A stretch of DNA of 64,000 nt from Epiperipatus broadwayi (GCA_028023455.1 JAQFVV010000006.1:16492001-16556000); one strand, 5' to 3'. Positions 1 to 13,212 are shown, counted from the stretch's first letter. Numbers and translations are program-made. The notes: a model not told the origin generated them from the letters alone.

Positions 1-539
1 AACTACATAAATATTATTCATTAAAGGATGGAAGGATGCTCAGATCTTCACTGATAATTTAAAAGCTGAAAATATTATCTATGAGTGGCTATTGGAGAAA
101 CTTTTGTCTTGTGGTGAGCTATTTAAAGACAGTTTTTAAACTTATCATCCGTTTATATTTATTGAAAGAAAAAAAAATTATGTAACAGTACAAAAAAAAA
201 TATTCCTATTCCTATTAACATTTATTCCTCCCATCGTAAAGATGTTTTTTATGAATAAACTCTCCTCTCCCCTGATTTGCTTTTCTGTCTATGCTTATTC
301 TGTTCTTTCTTTATAATTTGTTATAGTATTTTGTATTTGATGCATTGTTACATTTCAAAATGAATTTTTATAATTTAATCATTTTTAATGCCCCCTACCT
401 TCTTTTTTTGATTAATTATTTGTTAAAAATTACTTTGGTCACTTTGTTTGCAAATTTAATCAATAGATGGCAATAAAATGTAATTTTAGAAACTGACAGT
501 AAATTTCTTTATTAAAGTGAATACTGTAGAGGAAAAGAT

Positions 540-1260
540 GCTTCAGTGCGGTAATTAGAGAATGAATATTTTCAACTCTTTACGTGCCGTGCTGAAAAGG
601 GAATGTTTATTGAAATTTAAATATCGCTTCTTAATTAATTCTCTATTTGTCAAAATGAATAATATGTATCAGCAATAAATGATTAAAAAAATTTTTTTTT
701 AAAAATTTAAAATGACTCGTTTTAATTTAGAAGCTATATCTATTGTTTAAAAGTGTCACACACACAACGATGAATATATATATAGTTTCGGTTTAATAAA
801 ATCTGAGTATTATCCCTAGAATTATTTATTTGCCTTGAAGAAGTGGAATACAAATCATTGATGTGGTGATGTAATTAATTCCGGAAATAACTTTCCTTTT
901 TGCAAATTGATTAAATATATGTACAAATTTACCTTTCATGGCTATTATGGGTTCGACTTCCCAAAGGAATAAAATTTGAATTTTTTTTTTAGGTATCCAT
1001 AAGAAGAAAATGTACCTGTTTACTTGTCAAAATAAATAGCTGCTCACCATAATTAACTATTTCGTCGTTTTACTTTGGGAATTGACTTCCTTCTTCGTAC
1101 AGCACCCATAACTTGATTTCATACCATATGGAATAATCAGTTATCTCCCTATTATACTACCAGATTAATAATTACAAGAACAATAATCAAGATTAATTTA
1201 ATGATTGTATATAACTTCCATTATGATGTCACATTTTACAGTCGTAAGCCATATCTATTT
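540..1260. promoter_or_regulatory. CpG-retaining patch (candidate unmethylated promoter/first-exon region)
   Basis: CpGs are visibly more frequent here (gtgcgg, tacgtgccgtg, atcgct, ttcgtcgtt, gtcgtaagcc) than in the flanking CpG-depleted DNA; possible donor TGCG|gtaatt near 553. Estimated by eye, not counted. Confidence 0.3.
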
Positions 1261-1624
1261 AGTATGAAATTATGTTTTATATTGAACTGTTCCTTAAATA
1301 TTTTAATGATTAAACTTGCCATCTATTTCTGTATCCAAAACTAGTTGCAATGTTTGTGAAAAACATTTTGCTACCTGATCAATGTAACCCTTAGAATCAA
1401 GACATAAAAACCTGTACTGCCTGATTGCACCTGTAACCCTTGCAATTAAAGTTATATGACTATATATTGTTGAAACACAAATAAACAAAGAAAGGCAGCT
1501 TAATAAAAAAAAAAAAATCTGTACTACTTTGAATAATTGTAATAAGTCTGGCAAATGTAATTTATTATATTGTAACAATAAAATTAACGTATTTCAAAAG
1601 GAGACTAATTTTTTCAAGATAGGG

Positions 1625-1695
1625 ATGAATTTTTTAAAATTATTTACTACTGTGATAAAACCTGGAGGCTATCTTACTTCTGTGAGATACAAACA
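1625..1695 (+). CDS. candidate host coding exon (MNFLKLFTTVIKPGGYLTSVRYK...)
   Basis: Acceptor ttttttcaag| at 1618, ATG at 1625, donor CA|gtaaaa at 1696; the peptide lacks acidic residues, like a mitochondrial presequence. No homology recognised. Confidence 0.25.
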
Positions 1696-2413
1696 GTAAA
1701 ATTTTTTATTGTATTTATTCTTAGATAAAAAAATCTTAAACTATTAATGTAAAACCCGATGCTATAAAACATCACAAGGCATAACCGTATTCAATTACGT
1801 TCACTTTGATAATTAATATAGTTTTTCTGCCCTTTTAAAAATCAATTATTAGTTGTCATCATTTGTCATGGTTGTATTAAAATTTTAACAAAAGAGTTCT
1901 ATTATGTGTGATATGCAATAAAAAGAGAGCATAGACAATTTTGCACTAATAGAATGACAACAGGAGTCCACATAATCTATTGAATATTTTTAATTGAGGC
2001 TAAGTGCAAAATTTTAAAGAAAACAATAAATACTTGTCAAGAATTTTTCTAATCACATCTCAATTATTTTTATTGGAAAATTTCATTCTTGAATGATATT
2101 AGAAATATTTGCCATATGTGAAATTATGAATATTTTCCAATTTTAATTTAATTTCTTATAGATTAATTTAATTTAATTTCTTATAGATTGCTTTTATTTA
2201 ACTTTTCTATGCTAAATAAAGTAATTAAATTAAGGCAAAATGTGCTAATTTTAATTTTTCATATGGGACTTTTAATGAATATTTCTATAGTGTAATTTTC
2301 ACTACACTATTCCTACCCAAGATAGGGGATTGGTTTCTATCCACTTTTAACACCTTATTGAAGGGTGTAATCACAAACATATAACCAAAGATGTGAAAAA
2401 GATGTATGATCTT

Positions 2414-2454
2414 CAAGATGCACATTTTGTGCCAAACTGGCACTCGTCAGTTAG
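2414..2454 (-). ncRNA. minimal type-I hammerhead ribozyme motif (degenerate: GAAA>AAAA)
   Basis: Minus strand CTAA CTGACGA GTGCC AGTTT GGCAC AAAA TGTGCA TC TTG; perfect 5-bp stem II; G12 lost by a CpG-type transition. Confidence 0.65.
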
Positions 2455-2535
2455 CCCAAATAGCCAATTACTACACTTTAATATATATATATACTGAACA
2501 ATGATAAAGATATATGTAAAAGATTGTGATTTGGA

Positions 2536-2577
2536 CCAACTGAGGAGTGCCAGTTGAGCATGAAATGTGCATCTTGG
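2536..2577 (+). ncRNA. minimal type-I hammerhead ribozyme motif, core intact
   Basis: CCAA CTGAGGA GTGC CAGTTGA GCAT GAAA TGTGCA TC TTGG: CUGANGA and GAAA cores, UC cleavage site (after 2573), 4-bp stem I CCAA/TTGG, self-complementary stem III ATGTGCAT. Confidence 0.75.
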
Positions 2578-3136
2578 AGTTCACACATCTTTGGTTACAT
2601 GTTTGGGATTACAACTCTCCACAAGGCATTAAAAGTGGATAGAAACCAATTCTTACCTTTCGAGTAGTGTAGTGAAAATTATACTTATATCCATTAAGTG
2701 GATAATCTCTAGTTTAATAAATGATTAATAAAAATTATTCTTCTAAAAGCACCAATAATTATAAGAATAAATGTATTTTAGATTTTTTAAATAAAAATTT
2801 CTTTCAAATTATCAAAAACAACCCCAAAATAATCTTTACAATGGTTTCTGCTGATAGATAAAATTTAAATAAATGCTGACATGTTGTGCAAATTGAGTTC
2901 TTCATTTTAACTTTGAATTATTAGAAATTTTATAGTTTGCTGATAATGTTTGCCATTATTAATAAAAATGAAAACTAAATATATATTTAAAATTTATTTG
3001 GTAGCATTTACCATAAAATTGCAATTTATCTCTAGATATAGGAATCATTCAAATGTTCAAGTAAACAACTAGTGAATTTATTCAGAAGTAACATTCCAAG
3101 ATGGTGTGAAATTTTTTAGGAAAGAGTAGCATATTT

Positions 3137-3249
3137 TTTTTTCCATATGTCAAAGCATCGGCCGGGAAGCGAATCCATGACAACCTTCTACAAGAAACTA
3201 CTTGCTTGCAAGGCAGCTGCGCTGACCTCTTGGCTACCAATACTTGACA
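3137..3249 (-). mobile_element. tRNA-Gly(TCC)-derived SINE, TGC double-arm subfamily
   Basis: tRNA-like body with A/B-box-like motifs, A tail, perfect 16-bp TSD aaagagtagcatattt (3121-3136 / 3250-3265). Confidence 0.9.
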
Positions 3250-4869
3250 AAAGAGTAGCATATTTATTATAGTCAATTGCTTTCTTAAGGATTACTTTCT
3301 GCATTGCTTTGCTTGTAAAAGCTTTTTTTTAAATATATTTATTGCTGGAAATTTTTATCAAATAAAGACCTATATTTAATAATAAATACAAACATTTATT
3401 TCCATAGATTACTTTTCTACTTTTATTTAATGTATTTATTAGTCAATTCTTACTGAATATTTTTTTGTATTGTTTGATTGTTAAATAGCTGTTAAGTATA
3501 TTAATAATAAATACATTTTATTTCTTAGAAATATTTTTTCATTATTTTTTTTTCTTCCATATCACCATCCAGTAGTAGATTACATATTATATTTATCTTT
3601 TTTTTCTTCAAGTAAGTCATTCCCAGCCAAAATATCTAATCATCAAATATTAGTTATTAAACCGTTATCTCAACTACCTATAGCAAGAAGATGATTCTAA
3701 GATAGGACTCTGCTTTTTTACTTCATGACCCAGCACTTGGGAACTTAGAATTTTCCTCTGCAATGGGCTTTTATTTTTTACACACATCTCTATGTAAAAA
3801 AAAAGTCTTTGATTTAATTTGGTAGGAACACGTTCTTTACCTACTTCATGATAATTCAAAGAATTTTATGATTACAAATTCTTAAAAAACATTCTATTTA
3901 ATCTAATATTTGAATAGGCAGATTGATATTCATATCTCATTTTGTTTTTCTGCCAAAGCAAATTGTAAACTTTGCTATGTCAAGTTTTTTTTTTTTTATC
4001 TTTCCCCATTTTATCAATATAGTAATTAAAAGATTTTTATAATGACATCTTATGATATTATTAGACTATTCATTCTCATTGTAATAAAAGCTAGGAAATT
4101 GAAGTAAAAGAAGAATATAGCTTAGATAAAACAACACCATTTTAATTAAAGATTTGAGGAAAACATAAACTCAACATATCCAAAATAAAATATTTTTGGA
4201 TCCAATTCAACTAAATGAAATTAATCTTATCAAAGGAACATAATCTCTTTAAATATTAACTAAGTCTTAAAATATTTAATGAAAGCACTCGTCCTTTTTG
4301 TAGTATTGTAATTTTTAAAATCAAAATTATACATTCATTGTTTAATAAACACTTGGTTTGGGATGTGTGTGTATGTGTGTGAAATATTTTTATAAAAACT
4401 TCAGATTATTCAAAATTTGAAAACTAAATCACTATCTAAAAACGAACTTTCAAACTTATATTATCCAAACTTTTTAATTATTCATGTTTAAATTAACTGT
4501 TATATTGTATGTGTAACCATGCACACATTTGTATAAACATTTGTAAAACGTGTGTGTACATACATATATTTGGTATTCCATAATTACATCCAATGTAAAA
4601 GGGATGGAATATACTTGAAGATTTATGTTATTCATAGTTGTGATAAATAACGAAATTTAGAAGTAAAATGTAGAATGTGTGTATACATATAAATGAATAA
4701 TAAAATTTAGGAATAAATTAGTGTTATATATATATCAATAATACAAAAAAAATAGAATTTTTTGTGATACATCTGTTTGGTCTAATCTGGTAAAGCAGTT
4801 ACTAGATAAGCACAGTTGAACATTTAATACATATAGAAAATAAACAAAGTAGGACATAAATAAATTGTT

Positions 4870-4970
4870 GTCTTGCATTGGTGGTCGAGAGGTCAGCGCT
4901 ATTGCCTTGCACTTGGAGGCAGTTGCCCGGGTTGCGGGTTCGCGTCCCGGCCGATGCTATGACACTTAAA
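4870..4970 (+). mobile_element. tRNA-Gly-derived SINE (GTCTTGCATTGG subfamily)
   Basis: GCATTGGTGGTCGAGAGG...GGGTTCGCGTCCCGGCCGATGC; 14-bp TSD ataaa(t/c)aaattgtt with 1 mismatch. Confidence 0.85.
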
Positions 4971-7900
4971 ATAAACAAATTGTTTCTATATAGTATTTCG
5001 TGATTAAAATACACATAATTGTAATTATGTCTTTGATGTGAACTGACAAGCTGTTAGATTAGTAGTATTTTCTAAACAAGCTAATAATTTACTAGTGTTT
5101 TTAAAATAACATCTTGTCATTTAGTCAGAATCACAAATAGTTGTGGGAAGTTGACCATCAATGATTATTTTTTTAGATGCAATTTATTTTTGCATGTGAT
5201 CTTGATGTGAGTCTTCCCTTAGAGTTAGAAAGATGGGCATAAAATGTCAGGAAATAAATTCTAGAGGGAGAAGGAATCAGGGAAGATTTACTGTTAATTC
5301 TGCTGGAGTCCTTACTTTTTATAAGCGATAAAAGCAGTAGGGCAGGCTACAGGTTTATCCAAGTATTAGTGCCAAACTTGTAATCAGCCAACTTTTATTT
5401 CCATTAAGAAATTTATATTCTTTTAATGGAAATTTTAATATATAACATTTATATATTATTTATAATTTTGTTGTTGTTAATGTTAAGGAAACCCACCACT
5501 TTTATGATATATTGCAATTGGATAAGCAAGCTAGTATGTTTAAGATATTAGTCTCCCTTTAAAAGCTACAATTAGCTTTGAGTAGTCTTAATAGAGCAGA
5601 GAGAAAAGTCTGTATAAACAAGTTAGTTTAATTAAAATTCTATTCTCCCATTAAAAGCAATAATTGGCTTTAAGTAGAATTTTAGAGTAAATAAAACAAA
5701 AAAGATAAGTTTAAAAAAAAAAGAGGTGAAAGAAAAATCGAAAAAAAAAGTATATAATATATATTTCATTTTATTAAAAGGCTTGTTTTAATCATTCTTG
5801 ACTTTGGCTTTGTCCAGGATCAAAAATATAAAAATGATATAACATAAAGGGGAATTTGTTAGAAGGGAAGAAAAGTCACTCCATTCATTTAGCAGAAAGG
5901 TTGAATATTTTAGAATATACTAAATCTCATTATATTTACATGTTACTTTATTCAATATAAAGAAGCTTTTTCTGATCATGGAAAAAGAAAAATGCAGAAG
6001 TGAAATGTTGAAAATCGGTCTGAAGTAATATTAGAGGCAGTGGAAGAACATCTGTTTTTCATACTTTATGAGGGTCACATCTACAAAGAGACTAATACAT
6101 TTTTTGGCATCTTCACAATTTATTAATTTAGCGATCAATAAAGAAAAGAATTATAAATTAATAATGTTTCTTAGTGATAAATATATATATTTTTGGGACT
6201 TACATATTAAAAAGTCAAATTTTTAACAATATGAAAAGTATAAATTTGTACACGAAGATAATAAATACATTATGATACTAAATAAAACAGTTTGCTGCGA
6301 CTTGTTAATATGGCATTCTATAAGCACAAACACCCTCCTCATCCCACTGGAGAAAGATACATCATTCTACTGACACAAATATGGGCAGCAGATCTAATAC
6401 ATAAGTATCACCCCCCCCCCGCTAATCTAAAGCTGTAAGATCTCAGTAGATTCCTATTGGTGCTGCAATTGAAATATGAGATTTCAACATCCAAGATCCA
6501 TTTAAACACTTTAGTGATAAAGACTTTCAGTGAAAACATAATTTTTAAATAAATATCATGGTTGAAAAACATTTAACAGTTAAGATTTGGGTTATAATTG
6601 TTGAGTCTATAATTCAGCGGCAAAGAGTATATCAAGGGAGAAAAGGTCAATTTATCTTTAGGAAAAAATTATTCCTGTGTTTGCACAATTTTTTCAAGCC
6701 AGTTTACAGAAAAATTGGATCTTTTTGGTTTACGATCCCTCCACTCCCATTGTAAAATCATTAAATATTTTGTATGTAATGTTTACATGTACCTTTTGTT
6801 TGAATATATTTAGTTTGCCAAAAATATATGACAGGTTTTTATCTATAGCTATTCATTTTTGTTGTTTTTTAAATTGGAAAATTTCTTTTTAATATTTTAA
6901 AGATAATTTTAATTTGTAAAACTTCATGATTTTAACAAAATTTATCTAAAACAAAAAATTGTGAAAAAGAATATTTGTTTTCCATTAATCTGAATTTCAT
7001 TTTTTTTTAAAAAATTTGCCAAGATGCTATTTTTAAGATAGTTTTTATTTGAATTTAAACTTTTAAACTCAAACATAATATTTTGATGATTGAGTTTTTT
7101 CATTAAATAATACAACTGAAGAAAACAAAAAAAGTCTAGTATGTTCAAAAACAAGCTTAACAGATTAATAGATTAATGCTGTTGTAATCTACTAATATGT
7201 TTGTGACAAGATTTTTTAGGATTTGTGCAACTGGGAAAAAGTTAAGCATTAAATCAGATGTTTTGAGATACGGTATAGGTAAAGATAAAATAGAACATCT
7301 TTTAAATAGCCAACTATAAGGCTAAGACATCCAGAGAAAAATAGTAAGGAGAAGATGAGATTAATCAGGTTTGCCAGTTACTAAAGTGATGAGGATGAAT
7401 GTTTTTTCCATCTTTTAATCTCTATTTAAAAATACCTTTAATGTTGGATATTTAGCTAACTTGACTATGGCTGATCAGATACTTGAAAGAAAAAAAAATC
7501 CCAAATCTGTTAAAAAAATGTTTACTTTGCCCAGATTTGAATCCAGGTTATAGATATATCAAGTAGAGGTGCTATTATTGCATGGCGTCTCTTATATTAA
7601 GATATCTTTTATTTTTTATAGTTCCAATAGAGTGCCTACATTTTCTTTATGGTTAAATTTCATATATTTTATTTATGATTAGGAAAGGAATTATTCAGGA
7701 CAAAACTATTGAGACAGACCAAAGAGTATGATCTTCAGTCAGTTATTGTAAAAGACCTAAGTCATAATAATGGCATTCATATTGTGATTTAGATCTGATG
7801 AATGGGACAGTTTACTGGGAAAGTTAGTAAATAACATTTCTTATTAGTTCTCCACATATGAGACGGATTAGTCAAATATAAACAATTGAATTGACTGCAA

Positions 7901-9851
7901 CATTTGAATTTCCAGCATGAAGACAAAAGTAATAGTTTTTTTTACCAGAGGCATTTGAGGATGTTAGAGTGAATGGGTCTGGATGGTTTAGAAACTGCTT
8001 GTAACTAGAAACAAAACTGAAAGAAATACATAAAGAAAATAATTTTAGGTTAGAAAGAGATTTTCCTCCTTTCCCAGTTCACTGGATTGGGCTAAATAAT
8101 TAAGAATGATTTGGGTAATATAGAAGCCTATGGGATATTGGTACTGAAAAAATTAAAATCTATGATTCAAAGACAGGCAATACAAGGCGAGCCCTAACTC
8201 TTAGAAGAAATATTAGAAAGTGCATTGTGGATAAATAAAGTTGAAATAAGACAGCACAACTAAGAAGTGGAACAAGACAAGTATTGAGTTAAAACAAACT
8301 TATTAGTAAATAGCACACCTTTACAACCCCAATAGAGGAACAATAAAGGAAAAGAGGTAACTGGAAAAGATAATATTTATCAGGCAATGAGAATTTGAGT
8401 TTGTAGATAAAGATATTCATTTTCTAACCAAGGTTAGTTGGTTAACTGAGTTGGTGACTACCTATCTGAGGGAGGAGGGGCGGATCATAAACTTCTTGGA
8501 TAATTTTATTTAAAAGGATGGTTGAAAAGCTAGTAATAGAATAGGTTGGTTAGTGCTTTTAAGCAATTAGATTGTAAGCTGTCTGATGATGGAAATAATT
8601 TATATCTGCAATAACTAAACAAGTCATTTTATGACCCGTTAAAGTTGGGAATTTTGAAGTGATGAACAGAATAAATGAAAAGGTTGTTGATTAATGAATT
8701 CGTGAAGGTTGGGCGTAGACATAAAGGAATTATGAAGATTGTATTGAAGTTATTTGGAGAAAGAAAAAAAAGTTGACTAATAGCTAAAGGGGGAGGGAGA
8801 GTTGTGGATGGAAAACTGTATGGATGTGATATTTTAACAGATAGTTATGTCGATAATATAATTCATATTTTTTCATTACTTGGATGAAGTATGCCATTTT
8901 ATTAAATTAGTTGATTAATTATGCCACCATTACAATTCTTATTATATTATCCTGCGCGGTTTGAAGCAGTTGGTAGAGTGTCCGGCTTGTCGCTCGCAGT
9001 TCTGGCAGTGGAATTCACTTCCGAGCAATAAAGCGATTAGCATTTTTTTTTTTTATTGTTATAACTGCCTTTATCATGTTTTTTTTTCTAGAACCATATT
9101 CTGTATTGTAATAAAATACAAGTGTTACATTGATGATCTTTATAACTATTTTGCGTCTCTGATTTTATATATTTGTATCTATTTTTAGTCTATTAATGCC
9201 AAATTAATACCTGGATTTTTTTTGTCTAAAAAGTAAATGAGATTAAGCTTTTAGTTAATTGTATTAATTAAATAACTTAAGTCCTGCTATGACAAGTTTG
9301 TTTCATTGATTAATTTTTTGAAAGGCTTGATAAAAAAAAAAAAAAAGCTTTCAAAATTCTAATTTACCCCTTGCTCCATGAAATAAGTGCATAACAAATG
9401 CGGTGTGAGAGGCTAAAAGCAAAACCTGTCATTCAGTGAAATGTAGTTTTATTGATACTCGAAATAATTAATCTATATTTTATTCAAGATTTACAATAGT
9501 ATTTACAAATGTATATTAGTTTAAAAATTGATGATAAATACAGAATCTATTGAAAACTCAAAACATTTCAGCCATTACCTTCTCCACACACATAATATAC
9601 GCATTCTTAAATATATATATATTTGCTGCTATCAGCAAGCAAAAAAAATAAATAAATGGACGATTAACTCTCAAAAGATTTAAATAATCAACAGTTGATA
9701 AAAGAATGAATCATGTAATAATTTGTAACTATTAAAATTAAATATTTTATCTTATAATTTTATAAACACTTATCAATTGCAAAAAATGATATTTCGTGTT
9801 TCATTCTTTTATCAATTATGATTATTTAAATGTACACACATAAAAATGTTA

Positions 9852-9940
9852 GTCAAACGTTGGTAGCCGAGAGGTCAGCGCAGCTGCCTTGCTTGTCACG
9901 TGTTCGCTTATCGGCCGATGCTTTGACATATGGAAAAAAA
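9852..9940 (+). mobile_element. tRNA-Gly-derived SINE with ~20-nt internal deletion
   Basis: GTCAAACGTTGGTAGCCGAGAGG...CGGCCGATGCTTTGACATATGG(A)n; TSD aaaaatgtt. Confidence 0.85.
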
Positions 9941-9985
9941 AAATGTTTTAGAGCAATTGTTCTTAATCTTTTCTCACTAGCATAC

Positions 9986-10086
9986 TTTTTTTTTTTCATG
10001 TGTCATAGCATCGGCCGGAAAGCGAACCCGCTAATCCGGGACTACTGTAAGGAAGCTGTGCTGACCTCTCGACCACCAACGCTTGA
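9986..10086 (-). mobile_element. tRNA-Gly-derived SINE (TAC subfamily)
   Basis: Reverse copy with T-run tail on the + strand; imperfect TSD ctagcatac / ctagcgtat. Confidence 0.85.
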
Positions 10087-10224
10087 CTAGCGTATCTCTT
10101 GGCAATTGATCACCTTATATTGTACCCTTCATGTTTGTTCAGTAATGGATTAAAAACCATTGAATGAATAAATTTAAAAGTCATAAACGATTTTCAGAAT
10201 ACTGATTGAGATATTTGCGCATAT

Positions 10225-10257
10225 ATACACACACACACACACACACAGAGAGAGAGA
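10225..10257. repeat. compound (CA)n(GA)n microsatellite
   Basis: acacacacacacacacacacacagagagagag. Confidence 0.9.
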
Positions 10258-10364
10258 ATACCAATGAGTCAGCACTCAAATGTTCTGAAATTGGAAGAGA
10301 TGGAGTAAAAGCTGAACCTGTGAGTAGTGTACTATATGCTCTGTAGAAGCATATAACATTAATT

Positions 10365-10429
10365 TAATTATAGGGGTTTGAACTCAGATTTTCAAGCTCC
10401 CTTTGTCTGGGTTCAAACCCCTATAATTA
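10365..10429. repeat. short inverted repeat (24-bp arms, ~17-nt loop)
   Basis: taattataggggtttgaactcaga ... tctgggttcaaacccctataatta; one mismatch between arms. Confidence 0.8.
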
Positions 10430-11321
10430 CATCTAGCTTAAAAGTATATATAATATAGTTGTATTTAAACATAACATCTTATTTAGAAGTTCATCTCACT
10501 TCAAAAACATTAAAGTGATGGAAAAATGCTTTTCTCAAAGTTAAATATTGAATAAATTCATTCTGCCAATTAAACATTCAATTGTATTTTTGAGCACCTG
10601 ATTTTTTTTTCTCAGTAAAATTTTCAATCTTTTTTTTTTTGCAAAAGTTATTATAAAAATCTATAAAGAATATTATCTATAATAGTAAAAAGAAAATATG
10701 AGTAAAACCGTCACTATTTTATACATCTTGTTCATTACTACTTTTTTTAATACATTATCTCATCTTTTACATTATTGGTGACATGAGGAATTCCAATCCT
10801 CTTGAAAGATTTTATAATAATTTTTTTTAAAATTCTGTTTCACGATTTTTCATCCACATACATACTGAACTACGAGTGCAGTCATAGGTCTTTTCACATG
10901 TACATATATGTAACACATGTTTTTTGTATGTATAGTATGCACATATAAATTGAGATTATAATATAAAAAATAATAATCATGTAATTATTAATAATAAAGA
11001 TACACATACACATATATATTTACTATGTAGGATTATTCATTCACATTCATTCAAGAAATGAAAACAATATTTTTTTTTTATAAAACATCTAATATTAGAT
11101 ATTTATGACATTTGAATACTCTCTTAGAAGACAATCTCTTTGTTTTATAACTTTTTTCTCTCTATGGAAAGGTTATAACAATCTTATTAACAACAGGCTA
11201 TACTCTCTTTAATTGTTTTTATGTTTTTAAATCCATATCAACTTATGAATCTATGCAGTTACCAACTTGTCATTAACATTTGTAAACTCTCAGTTAAACA
11301 CTTCAAACTTTAAGCTTTCTG

Positions 11322-11422
11322 GTCAAGCATTGGTGTTCGAGAAGTCAGCACAGCTGCTTTACAAGCAGTTGTCCTGAGTTAGCAGTTCGCTTCCCAGCCG
11401 ATGCTATGACACATGAAAAAAA
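11322..11422 (+). mobile_element. tRNA-Gly-derived SINE (TAC subfamily)
   Basis: Perfect 17-bp TSD aaactttaagctttctg (11305-11321 / 11423-11439); A tail. Confidence 0.9.
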
Positions 11423-13165
11423 AAACTTTAAGCTTTCTGATGCAATTCAAGAATGTTTTACAATTCTTTTTTTTCCCATGCGACTAATAAATATTATTTT
11501 CATTTTATCCATTGAGAAAAATACTTTTTAAATTTTGTAAAATTTTTAGCTCTACAGTTAGAAAACATTTTATTGTAATGGTTCAGTTTTAAACATTTTT
11601 GAACAATATTGCAGAAAAACAGTGTACATTTTTTTATTCTAAAACATACTATTGCACAAAATATTGTACATCATGAAAGAGTAATAAGCAAATAATAATT
11701 TTTTTTTTCATATAATCTATATTAAACATTATTAATAAATATGATCTTGCATTTATAGATGTAAAAATGGCTGCTGCCATATTGTAAAATTTATTAACTT
11801 TACGAATTTTAACCTGTTCAGGATCCAATTCCTCTCTTCTTATTTGAAAGACTCTAGTGAAAACTTCATGCATATTTGCAATGTTTTATTTTTGCAATTA
11901 AACCTTTTTTCTATGTCATGTATTGATAATCTTTATTTACTATAAATATAAGCTTTCAAATGATGGAGATTCTAAAAATTAATATATGAACTTTGTAAAA
12001 TAAGAAAATAAATTATCAAATGGAATTCTTAATCATAATGATGATGCCTTAGGTATTGGACATAATTTTGTCTATTCATAAAGTTAGTAGGACAAAATAT
12101 TTCTTATCTGAATTCCATTTTTTGAAATTAAAGAAAAAAGTAGGTTAAATATCGTTAAAGAAAGAAAACATATCTTAAAATTAATAATTACATTTATTGT
12201 TATTAAAATTTTAGAAATTTGTTTATCGGTATTTTGTTACTAATAAAAACTGCTTCAACGTTGGCATAATGAACTTTTTACGACCTCTTTTCTTAAAAAT
12301 ATTTGCAAATTATTTAATTATACTCACATAGATGGTTTAAAATAAGTCTTTTACTAAAATATTGCGTAAATAACATTTAATATGTAAACAAATTTACTAA
12401 AGGTTACAGCTTTTCTTTTCAAAATATGCCCAAAGGTTAAACAATCACTTCTATTGAGATCAAAATGGAGCAGGACTGTATTCATTCATTTGTAAATTAT
12501 GTATTTAATTTCCTAAAGGTCCATATGATGCTGATATCTTCAGATTTTTTTCAACTAATAATTTTAAAGTGATATCTATGATTAAAAAAACTGCCTATGG
12601 TAATCTAATATTATAGATAAACACAAAATAATGTAGAAAATCTATAGCAATCATAGCATCATTGTAATAGTCAAAGCAAAATGCAGCAGTGCAATGATTA
12701 TATCTGAAGAGATTAATGAAATTGAAGTAATGTTTATTAATACAACATACATCACGGCTTCACTGTATACAAATAAAGTAAAATTATATTTTTATATTGC
12801 CAAAAAAAAAAAAAAAATGTTGGGAAGAAATTTTGGTAGTCAAATCCAAAATAAGAGTCTTTATGGTGGTTATTTTTTCCATTGCCTTTAGCAGTCAATT
12901 TGAAAAATGTGTGTAGATAGTAAAAAGATATGAAAGATTTTTTTGGAAAATATACATCTATATCAAAATATTGTAGATATATTTTAACTTAAAATAAATA
13001 TTTAAGGTTAATCCTTGTTTGGAAGATTCTATGCCAATTTGGAATTGTATTGCAATTAAATTTTACTTATCTATAAGTTAGTCTAACGATATTTGAACAT
13101 TAAATTTACAATGAATGCATCGGGTAGAATAGTAATGAATATATTATTTCCATTTTTTTCTCTAG

Positions 13166-13212
13166 ATATCAGGAATTATCAATCAAAAAGAAAGCTTTAT
13201 TTTAGTGCAGAG
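13166..13212 (+). CDS. candidate host exon (DIRNYQSKRKLYFSAE)
   Basis: Strong polypyrimidine acceptor ttatttccatttttttctctag|; donor GAG|gtcaaa is weak; the frame is open. Confidence 0.2.

Larger units (their letters stand above)
2291..2683. mobile_element. foldback element (~170-bp inverted arms) carrying two divergent hammerhead motifs; Penelope-like/retrozyme-derived
   Basis: Left arm tgtaattttcactacact...ggattggtttctatccacttttaa...gatgcacatttt...gcactcgtcagtt is the reverse complement of right arm aactgaggagtgcc...aaatgtgcatc...ttaaaagtggatagaaaccaat...agtgtagtgaaaattata. Confidence 0.8.

Noticed and set aside
3082-3276. Similar ORFs at 3082, 4802, 9830, 21994, 25902 and 25913 suggesting a small protein family
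   Set aside because: The similarity comes entirely from reading through SINE copies.
7560-8830. Purine-rich + strand stretch, with EEILESALWINK resembling a PLE GIY-YIG C-terminus
   Set aside because: Frames are too broken and there is no second motif; probably an old retroelement, but the class cannot be supported.
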